DNA of 64,000 nt. Source: Octopus sinensis (taxonomy: Eukaryota). Positions within the stretch are counted from its first letter, which is position 1, and each line of letters begins with the position of its first letter. The notes under the pieces were generated by a model. That model did not search any database. It was given only the letters and a program-made list of their open reading frames with translations, and was not told the origin of the DNA. Made by a program: the position numbers and the translations under genes. Of the stretch, positions 39,591 through 50,074 are shown piece after piece. The stretch spans positions 118,482,001 to 118,546,000 of the forward strand of contig NC_043001.1 in NCBI RefSeq assembly GCF_006345805.1. The letters are read 5' to 3'.

Positions 39591-40649
39591 TCACACCAGA
39601 CAAATAATCACAACTAGAAGACTAAGACATTGCATTTTGTTATAGTGCACAAAGATAATGATGATGTCAAATATAATTAAAACAAAACAGACCTGCCCAC
39701 AACTTTGATTTTAAAAAATGTTGAACTACAAACCTGTTCAGAGAAAAAAAGAAAACAAAACATCATGAAAATGTTGTGAATTTATCTACTTGGTTGTAGT
39801 GGACACCAGAATTAGATATGGTTCTGTGATGCAATGTGTAAAGTTTACTTGTCTTTCATTAATTTAATATACTTAGTCCAAATCCTGAAGTTAAATTATA
39901 AGCCAGCAAAATATTTCTCTGAGGTTGTTCAATCTACTAGAAATAACAACCAAATCTTTCTTAAATCATGCTCTACTGCCCAAGGAAGCAAAACGTTCAG
40001 CATGTGGTAGATGCCTGATGGCAGGTATTTGTCTGGTAGCATGTTTCAGAACAGTTTCCATCAGACTGGTGATGCCCAGCAAGATAGGGGTTCCAGACTG
40101 GTGATGCAAACTCTAATACTTCAATAATTACAAATATGCAGCTACACCCAAGATGTATGTATGGCTGTATGGCTAAGATGTTTGATTGGTAACCACTTGG
40201 TTTCTGGTTTGATCCTACTGCATGGTATCTTTAGTAAGTGTCTTTGACTACAGCCTTTGGTCATTTCACCAGTGTCTTCTGAGAGAAATTTAGCAATATT
40301 TACTAAACAGAAGCCTGGCATGTGTGTTGCATTTAATGCAATTGGGGAGTTTCCATGTGTCATTGTATCGAATCTTGTGCATTAGTGAAATTTATACATT
40401 TCCTTCTATAAACAAAATGTTCTGCTTGACAGTTTGACATGGGAAAACCAGTGGAGTATAGCACCTTATTTGAAAACAAGTCAGGGAGGGTCTTCAGCTT
40501 TAGAAGTCATGTCCATCTGCCTGATGTAGTTCTATCTCACCTCTACCAGCCTGGAAAAAGTTGACTTAAAAAAGATGATGATAACTTTACATATTTAAAG
40601 TCTCACTGTGAAATTAAGGCTGTTGAGGGCGTTTTTGGCTGCTTCAGAG

Positions 40650-41015
40650 GACTGGTTTTGTTGTTAATTAATTCCACAAGATTTTCTGAAAACTTTCATT
40701 TCCAGGATGCTTGGTGATAGTATTTATTAAAATGTAAACAAGTCTCTGCCTGTGAAATGGTAGAAGGTTGATGACAGCTTGACAATTATTTTTCCTGTAT
40801 CAATATAGTGTGGAAAGTTACAAATGAATAGTCATACCACTTATGTATGTAGTTACACTGTATTGATGTTGTAACAATTATTGTCAAGCTGTCACCAGCA
40901 TTTCACCTAAGCATTAAATTGTTCACATTTTAATAATTTCCCACAATTATCACTCAATATATTGGGATGGAAAAGTAAGTTGATCGTGGTTGAGTTGCTA
41001 ACAATGAAACTGGTG
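40650..41015. mobile_element. Old foldback/MITE-like imperfect palindrome
   Basis: Nested inverted pairs: ttattaaaatgtaaacaa / ttgttcacattttaataa, tgacagcttgacaat / attgtcaagctgtca, atcaatatagtgt / acactgtattgat. Confidence 0.65.
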
Positions 41016-41277
41016 GATCCAATTCTTGTCTCAGGTTATCAAAAAAAAACAAAAAAACTCTCATAAATTTAATTTTGTGAGATTAAATATATGACGATGA
41101 CTCCTTATAATTATCTATTCTCAACTCATGTTCACACAATCAAAAATAGAAAACTAAAATATTTTTAATTACAAAAAATGATTCACAGAAACTGTAAATA
41201 GAATGTAAAGATGAAAGGGAAGAAAGGAAAAAAAAGAATCAAGAATTTCATAGATGGAAACTATCAGGAAAAACTGG

Positions 41278-41529
41278 CACTTTGTCAGCTGCGACGATGA
41301 GTGTTCCAGTTGCTCTGATCAACAGAACAGCCTACTCATGAAATTAATGTGCAAATGGTTGAGCTCTCCATAGACACACACATCTTTAAAAGGAAGATAC
41401 AGAATGACACAGAATGTGACGAGGCTGGAGCAAGCTGAAATAAAGTGTCTTGTTCAAGGATAAGTGTCACAAGGAATCAAACTCATGCCTTTGCGATCAT
41501 GAGCCGAATAACCTAACCACTAAGCCACA
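41278..41529 (-). mobile_element. tRNA-derived SINE, monomeric relative of the 36-bp satellite
   Basis: Minus strand reads gtggcttagtggttaggttattcggctcatgatcgcaaaggcatgagtttgattcc (A box, anticodon arm, B box), then tccttgaacaagacac. Confidence 0.8.
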
Positions 41530-41949
41530 GGTTAAAATACAAAGATTATATGAGGAGAGCAGATAAGAAGAGACTGACATGGTGATCCATGATTTTGAGC
41601 CTGCTGAGACCAGACAATTCAAGATGATCGGGGGTGGGGACTGGTGCTTTAGTACAATGATACAATGATATGCAATCTTTCATGGATGATATATTCTTTT
41701 ATTCTCTTCACATGGAAAACTTGATAGACCACAAGCTATAAAATTACTTTTAATTGTATTATGTAACAACACAGTAGGCCATAAAACTGGCTGTGGACCA
41801 TAAAAACTCTGATATGGACAGCTGGTGGTCCACCTGTTCTCTGATGTGGTATCACTACTTTGTGAGTAATGAGTCTAATGATGGCTCAAGGGAGGATACT
41901 CAGGAAATTTAATTCATTCTAATAAAGATTCAGAGTTTTATTTTTTTTT

Positions 41950-42161
41950 TTTTACTCTAGGCACAAAGCCCGAAATTTTGGCAGGAGGAGGCCAGTCGAT
42001 TAGATCGACCCCAGTACACAACTGGTACTTAATTTATCGATCTCGAAAGAATGAAAGGCAAAGTCGGCCTCGGCGGAATTTGAACTCAGAACGTAAAGAC
42101 AGATGAAATAACCCTAAGCATTTCGTCTAGTATGCTAACGTTTCTACCAGCTCACCACCTT
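41950..42161 (-). mobile_element. tRNA-derived SINE, well preserved
   Basis: B box gagttcaaattcc, CpGs retained, A-rich tail (T run on plus). Confidence 0.85.
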
Positions 42162-43921
42162 GATTCAGTGTTTTATATTGACAAACTGGTTAGACTACCA
42201 GAACATTGATGAAAGATTCAAGTTATCCCCTGGTCTTTGTACGTTTTTTAAAACTGCTATCATTGTCCACAATAAACTTAAACGAATCAGTTAAAGAATG
42301 TTTGCACTTTACAGATAAATGCTTCAAAGATTTCGTGAAACATTCTGTATTCTACAGAAAAATGGAAAGTAAAATTCAGAAACAATTTCTATCTTTAAAC
42401 AAAGTGTGATGAATCTGTATTTAAAATTTCCACCTGGTTTGAAACATCAGTTACCTCTTTCGGGACCTGATGCATGAGACATGAAATCACTTCAGGTTCT
42501 ATGATAAGCAAAAATCTTGTTTGAAAGTGTTCATATTTCATTAAAATATATAATCAGTACTTTATTTTAAAATTAAAATACGTTCTTAACATCAATTTAA
42601 AATGAAACATCAAAACGTGCACTAGGGCACCCACAGCATAGTACTGGCAAGCGAGGAAGACATCATCTGACATTTATCGACAATTTGAAGGGATTGGATT
42701 CTGTCCACAAACTGATGGTGGCAATAATGGGCTTGGCAAAATAGCCTCTTTTTCAAGAACTGCATGGGAGCCCAGCCAGAATAAATAATTAGAAAGTGGT
42801 CATTTTTACCAAGTTCCTTCTATTTGTTGATTATTTTCAAAACTAAAGGAAAATATGGTCACAAAAGTGTTAAATAGACGAAGATGACAAACATCTAAAG
42901 TTAAAAGTGGATGTAGAAATGACCAACCTAAAAGAAATCCCAGCCTGGATTGTATTCATAGCATTTACATTGATGTTTAATTAATTTGGATAATAATCAT
43001 TGTCATTATTGTATTAGGTTTTTGCCTTAATTTCACCAGTACAAAAAAAAAAAAGACCCCCTCCCCCCAGAAATATATTGGTTTCTAGAAGTAAACTGGA
43101 TTATCTATTTAAGGTGGTCATGAGCTCAAATTCATTTAGGGAGTTTTTTATTGTATGTCTGAGCAAACAATAACACTTTATTCTGTATTACCTAAGTCTT
43201 TTAGCTGTTAGGAATAGGTATTTGATTAGTCATCTGAGAATGTTACTCGCAAAAGACAGGCAACACACTCAGATGAATATTTCACATTCCTTAACTCAAT
43301 AACATGGACCAAAGCCAAACATTAGTCTTTAAAGACCTTCAAAAGAGTTTATATTTTCACAATATATATTTTTTATTTCCTCACAAAATAAGTTTGGTAA
43401 CACTGATTATAGAATTGATCACAGTATATTACTGGTATCTAACTTAACAATGCTTTGTATGATGAAGATCACCTCTTATGGAATTTGAGTAACTGCTTGT
43501 TATTATTCCATTTTTATCACTATGAAAGCTTCTACTGAGTTGCTTGATGTAATAAAAATAGCAGCTGAATCTCTTCATACAACACACTACTATCTTGAAA
43601 AAGGGAAGGATACATTGTCTATGGTACTCTTAGATACACTCTAAAAAAGACGAAATGGTTATGGGTTTTCCTAATGAGGATCTATCTGAGACTAAACAAT
43701 ATCAACATCTAATATCAGTTTAAATGACATTGCTTCTCTCTCTCAGCAAAAAAATGTTGGTATTTTAAATCAATGTAAATTTATTCCATAGATAAATTAA
43801 ATATTAATTTGGGGGAATTACATATTACCTTTTAAATAGGTAATATCAATTCCTGAATAATTACTAATGCTATATTGAAAAAAACAAATGTGTCTGTGTG
43901 GTAAGAAGCTTGCTGTAAGCC

Positions 43922-44190
43922 CATCATCATCATCGATTAACGTCCGTTCTCCATGCTAGCATGGGTTGGACAGTTCAACCGGGATCTGGGAAGCCAGAAG
44001 GCTGCACCAGGCTCCAGTCTGATCTGGCAGTGTTTCTACAGCTGGATGCCCTTCCTAACGCCAACCACTCCATGAGTGTAGTGGGTGCTTTTTACGTGCC
44101 CCCGGCACAGGTGCCAGGTGAGGCTGGCAACGGCCACGATCGGATTGGTGCTTTTTACGTGCCACCGGCATGGAAGCCAGCCAAGGCAGC
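43922..44190 (-). mobile_element. RTE-family 3' end fragment
   Basis: Near-identical to 46095-46380. Confidence 0.85.
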
Positions 44191-44422
44191 GCTATATATA
44201 TATAGATAGATATAGATATATATATCTGTGTGTGTGTGTGTCTGTGTCTATGTTTATGTCCCATAACTGAGTGATTTGGCCAAAGAGACTGATAAAATAA
44301 GTACTAGGCTTACAAAGAATAAGTCTTGCAGGTCAATTTGTTTAACTACAGGTGGTGCTCTAGCATGGCTGCAGTTAAATGAGTGAAACAAGTAAAAGAA
44401 TATATATATATATATATATATA

Positions 44423-44810
44423 CTAGCAGTTTCACCCGGCGTTGCTCGGGTTTGTAAGGGAAATAACTATATAAGCATTTTTAGAGATGTAAAGTATAAT
44501 AGCCGTCTCAATATGGCTAACCACAAAAGGGGGTGTTACTGTAGCTTTTTACGTTCTGAGATTTAATAATACATTTTTAGAGAGTTACTTCCCTTATATA
44601 ATAGCAAAAAAATGCATTAAAAATGTGAAAAAATGATGGTAAATTTTTTTTTCAATCGTAGACTCATTGTAGATGTGCGCTAAAACCCAGAAGGGCTCGA
44701 TATGAATCACGACTATAAGATACCCACTTTTGGTTACACTGCACCGCAAAATGTGGGAGTAGTTAGGAATCTAAATCGTAGGAGATAGACACCACACAAC
44801 CTCACTTTTA
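44423..44810 (-). mobile_element. Non-autonomous Helitron-like element inserted in (TA)n
   Basis: Terminal CTAG at 44423-44426 with subterminal GC-rich hairpin cccg-agcaacgc-cggg; (TA)n on both sides; no TSD visible. Confidence 0.6.
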
Positions 44811-45249
44811 TATATATATATATATATAAATGAAGAAACATACACACACGTGGAACCCCCAAAATCACTAAAATGTAAGCCTGAAGACTTAAAGAATGTT
44901 TTCTTTTTCTTTTTCTTTTTCTTTTTCCCTTTTCTCCTATCTATATTCCTCTAACGAAGAAGTTGTTTGTTAAATGGAACGAGATAAATGCAAATTTACC
45001 TTGATTTGATAAACAGAAACAGCTGTAAATGGTTCCAAACTACAATTAAACAATGACTTTTTAATACTGATGATCAACTTCTCATTGTTAATTATTGCTC
45101 CATTTCTTTTCTTTTCTATATATATATTAAACCAACTACTGCTGTATACCTTATATCTAGGACTATACATAGTGAGGTAATACACCAGCAGCATCTATGG
45201 ATACATTTATCCCTAAGATGGCTGCATAACCTCTAACTCATAATTTGCT

Positions 45250-45343
<94 letters not shown>

Positions 45344-45364
45344 TAAATTAGAGATAAAACCACT

Positions 45365-45703
45365 ATTAGGCAAATCAAACAATGAAAAACTTAAGCCAAT
45401 ACATAAAATTAATTAATTTATATTAGTTTAAATATATATCAAAAGTATTAAAAGTTTAATAAAAGATAATGAGTAAAACACTACGATCGTTTCATGGCTC
45501 GCTAAGATAAATATTTCAATTACCTGAAGATTGACTGTAACCATAACTCGAATTATTACGAATTGGACAGCCATGAAATGATCGTAGTGTTTTACTCATT
45601 ATCTTTTATTAAACTTTTAATACTTTTGATATATATTTAAACTAATATAAATGAATTAATTTTATGTATTGGTTTAAGTTTTTCATTGTTTGATTTGCCT
45701 AAT
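45365..45703. repeat. 135-bp inverted repeat with 69-bp spacer (Penelope-like inverted end)
   Basis: 45365-45499 is the reverse complement of 45569-45703 with about 3 mismatches. Confidence 0.9.
45521..45589 (+). ncRNA. Type I hammerhead ribozyme-like motif
   Basis: tac-CTGAAGA-stem II (tgactgt/acagcca)-GAAA-tgatcg-TA-gtg. Confidence 0.55.
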
Positions 45704-45797
45704 TTAATATAATATAATATTTTACTATAAAATTGGATTCAATCCTAAATCTGATTTTTCCCTGTAAGTTTGGATTTATTCCCTAATATTTTATTAT

Positions 45798-45990
45798 ATC
45801 ATCATCATCATTATCATCATCGTTTAACGTCCATTCTCCATGCTAGCATGGGTTGGACGGTCCGACCGGGGATCTGGGAAGCCAGAAGGCTGCACCAGGC
45901 TCCAGTCTTATCTGGCAATGTTTCTACAGCTGGATGCCCTTCCTAACACCAACCACTCCGTGAGTGTAGCCAACCACTCCTTGAGTGTTG
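45798..45990 (-). mobile_element. Second short RTE 3' end beside the longer copy
   Basis: Repeats 46095-46268 almost exactly, separated from it by (TA)n and (GA)n. Confidence 0.85.
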
Positions 45991-46013
45991 GCTGTATATA
46001 TATATATATATAT

Positions 46014-46057
<44 letters not shown>

Positions 46058-46092
46058 TGAGGGAGAGAGAGAGTATTATAACTGGCTATATA

Positions 46093-47273
46093 TCATCATT
46101 ATCATCATCATCATCATCGTTTAACGTCCGTTCTCCATGCTAGCATGGGTTGGACGGTTCGACTGGGGATATGGGAAGCCAGAAGGCTGCACCAGGCTCC
46201 AGTCTGATCTGGCAATGTTTCTACAGCTGGATGCCCTTCCTAATGCCAACCACTCCGTGAGTGTAGTGGGTGCTTTTTACGTGCCACCTGCACAGGTGCC
46301 AGGCGAGGCTGGCAACGGCCACGGTCGGATTGGTGTATTTTACGTGCCACCGGCACGGAAGCCAGTCGAGGCGGCACTGGCATCGGCCACGAGTCGGATA
46401 GTGCTTTTTACGTATCACCAGACCAGGGATCCTGGCTGATTCAATTCGATTTCGATTTCGATTCGATTTCGCTTGCCCCAACATGTCTTCGCAAGCAAAG
46501 GGGGTTGGCATGGGTGCCTGTCGTCGGATGAGGTTCTATATCGACTTCGCTTGCCTCAACAGGTCTTTGTGTCCAAGGGAGGAAAGGCGTGCATAAGTGG
46601 GCTGGGCTCACTTGTCCTGCCTGGTCTTCTCACGTACAGCATATTTCCAAAGGTCTCGGTTGCTGGTCATTTCCTCAGTGAGGCCTAAAGTTCGGAGGTC
46701 GTGCTTCACCACCTCATCCCAGGTTTTCCTGGGTCTACCTCTTCCACGGGTTCCCTCAACTGCTAGAGATTGGCACTTTCTCACACACCTATCTTCATCC
46801 ATTCTCATCACATGACCATACCAGCGCAATCGTCTCTCTTGCACACCACAACTGATGCTTCTTAGGTACAACATTTCTCTCAAGGTACTAACGCTGTCGA
46901 GTATGTACACTGACATTACACATCCATCGGAGCATACTGGCTTCATTCCTCACGAGCTTACGCATGTCCTCAGCAGTCACGGCCCATGTTTCACTGCCAT
47001 GTAGCATGGCTGTTCGTACACATGCATCATACAGTCTGCCTTTTACTCTGAGCGAGAGGCCTTTAGTCACCAGCAGAGGTAAGAGCTCCCTAAACTTTGC
47101 CCAGGCTATTCTTATTCTAGCAGTTACACTTTCAGCACACCCACCCCCACTACTGACTTGGTCACCTAGATAACGGAAGCTATCAACTACTTCTAGTTTT
47201 TCACCCTGGAAAATGATGGAAGTTGTTTTCTGCAGATTTTCGGAGGTCAATGCTCCCGAGCATCTGCCACATT
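46093..47273 (-). mobile_element. 5'-truncated RTE LINE (RT C-terminus, 3' UTR, (GAT)n tail)
   Basis: LEVVDSFRYLGD...RIRIAWAKFREL...MLHGSETW and RRLRWYGHVMRM...GRGRPRKTW, split by one frameshift. Confidence 0.93.
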
Positions 47274-47770
47274 GGCGGATTGATGTACTATTTTTAGGCC
47301 TGGTTTGAGAACTTTCTGACACTACCTTGTATACAGCATTGAAAATTTGCATTTTTGCTATTGCCATAATTCTAAATAAATAGTTTTTAAAAAGTACAAG
47401 CAGTATTTAATATAGTTGTGGTGCCTGTCCTTGGGGAGTAGCTGCAATAAAACTGAATTTATAATCTATTATTTCATATTTAATTCTCATTATATCTTGT
47501 CAGTTAGACAATAGAATGAGTGAGATGGCATCAGTGTTAGACTGTGATTAGGGCATCAGTTGGCCTTAATCCAACTCTATGTTTATATCAAAGTGGTTAA
47601 GTTTCTTTTAAGTCACTATACAACCAACATTACACATCATAAATGTTAAAATGATTTTCTTGATACATATTCATGAATAGCTTGAAGTCAGCTCTATTTG
47701 CAAACTTACAATCGAAATGTTCTTTTTAAAAAGACACGAGAAAGTAATTTGATGGAGTAGGCTAACATTT

Positions 47771-48287
47771 TAATAATAATGATAATAATAATAATTGTGT
47801 ACAGTGCTCAGGTGCACTATTACTCATCTAAAGTGTATATATAATCAGGTGTAGTTTTGGCGGATTTCGGAAAGCATGAGTGCCTTAAAGGATGCAGTGT
47901 CATGGCAGTCAACAACTGATGCAGGCAGTTTATTCCATGCTTCAGCAACTCTGAGCGTGAAAAAATGTTTCCGAAAGTCATGGGAGCTGAGTTGTTTTCT
48001 GACTTTGTAGGCATGTCCACGTGTGTTAGACACATGGAGATCAACATGGTGTTCAGTGTTGTTGGTGAGGTGGTTGATAACTTTGTGGGTGTTTACCAAG
48101 TCCGTCGCCAGACGCCGGAGCTTCAGTGAATCCATGCCCAGGGAAACAAGGCGCTCAGAATATGGTAGGTGTCTGATGGAGGGTATGCGTTTGGTTGCAC
48201 GTCTCTGGACAGATTCCAGGAGGTCAATGTTCTGAGCAAGATAGGGGTTCCAAACTGATGATGCGAATTCCAAGTGTGGTCGTACCA
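47771..48287 (-). mobile_element. CR1/L2-like LINE 3' portion
   Basis: VRPHLEFASSVWNPY...WNKLP...NYT*, (ATT)n tail. Confidence 0.92.
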
Positions 48288-49422
48288 CACTTGGAATTTT
48301 GTGCAGAGGCCTTGACTATTTCAACTTTTTTTTCTATGCATAATGTGTCTATATCTATATTATCTAATGCATGCTCTGTTCCTAAGATAGCAGGGTGCAA
48401 GTTGTAGAAGATTTGGTTGGTGTTATAACAAATCAAGTGAATATCTAGAGGTTTCCTTATCGCACTAATGTTATATGTTTGTGTTCTATAACCCCAAGTC
48501 AGCTTTGATCAAACAGTCCTTTGATACCCAGTTATTTGGCAGATCCATCTTCCCATTTATATAATTCCTCCACTTAACTGAAGGTAGTTAAAACGCGAGA
48601 AAGAGGAGAAAAAAAGGTAATGTAAGGGAGGTAACTGTAGATTTTTATAAAGTGTGATTGTTTTTATTTATTTTTTTTTTCTCGTTACACAGAAAAACAA
48701 ACAATAGAAAATTTAAATATTTAATATATCTTCTCAGATATCACTAAACAGATGCTGAAACGTTCGGGCAGATATTTCAACCAAAAACACTTGAAAAGCC
48801 AGAGAAAGTAAATAAGTGTCAAGGGAGGTAATCGATAGACATTTGTCAAAATCTTTTCTTTTTTCTGTCCGTTTCGTTGGCATCAAATGAGAGAAAGAGC
48901 AAAGATATCCTTATATTTCATATGATATCTGAAATAACCCTTGCCGGCTACGCTATGTACTATGAAGGAGCCTTAGGTTATGAACTAGAAGAGGATAAGC
49001 TGTAAGTAAACCATTGGCTTTGACAGAATCTAAATATTTCTCAATTGTTTCGTCCAACTTCCGTGAAAAGAGACAAAAAACGTTTCTCGAATGAAATCAA
49101 TCGATGTTTTGCACCAATAAAGACAGAAACGATTACGATAATGATGATATAGTTTGAAAATATAGATAATGAATTTTATATAATACATCAAAAAAGAGAG
49201 AAAAAGAGAAGAACAAAGGACGGCGGCGATTGTCGATAAACAACATCTGTTATGAAATGTGATCCAGAAATTGCTTTTATGTTCCGCCCTCAGAATCAAT
49301 CAATCACTCAATTATGGTCACGGTTTCTTTTTTGGGGGAAGTTATATATAAACAGCAATTGAAAATATATTTGATTGAGCTTCGATTCACCCCTTCCTCT
49401 GTGTGTTTGTGTGTGTGTATGC

Positions 49423-49475
<53 letters not shown>

Positions 49476-49541
49476 GGTCCCGGGTTGATCCGGGGTTAAC
49501 CACAGTAAGTAAGGTACTCAATACATAGCAGAGTAAAATTA

Positions 49542-49658
49542 ATTTATTATATAGAAGGAGCTTCTACAGGACTAGTACTGTTTCATTCAAGAGCTTCCTG
49601 AAGATTCTCTTGAATGAAACAGTACTAGTCCTGTAGAAGCTCCTTCTATATAATAAAT
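49542..49658. repeat. Perfect 52-bp inverted repeat with 13-nt loop
   Basis: 49542-49593 is the reverse complement of 49607-49658; the element is flanked by (TA)n tracts. Confidence 0.95.
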
Positions 49659-49816
49659 AAATATATATATATATATATATAGTGCACACCTGTATGAAAA
49701 CAGCCAACCATTAACTGAAGGAATATTCAGCATACTTAGGTATAGTGTAAAATTTATGTCTACAAAGAATAGTTGACACAGTGACTTCGAAGTTTCGCCG
49801 TTAACTGGAGTTTGTT

Positions 49817-49848
<32 letters not shown>

Positions 49849-49879
49849 AGTGCTTACACTTATCAAAATATTCACCCTA

Positions 49880-49917
<38 letters not shown>

Positions 49918-50074
49918 ACGAGAGAGACCAAATAAAAAAATTGACTCATACAAACCGATGCACAGGTGTGTGTTTGTGTGTTGGGAAGACTTAAATACCG
50001 CAACAAATAGTAAATACCACCTGTTATCTTTTGTGATTCCCTCGCATTGTTGATAACCTGGTGATTCTTTTTTT

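Noticed and set aside
42200-42500. Possible Penelope GIY-YIG C-terminus (RKMESKIQKQFLSLNKV*) with hammerhead-like ctgatgc...gaaa
   Set aside because: The core A9 is missing, stems I and III do not pair convincingly, and the protein similarity is too weak to assert.
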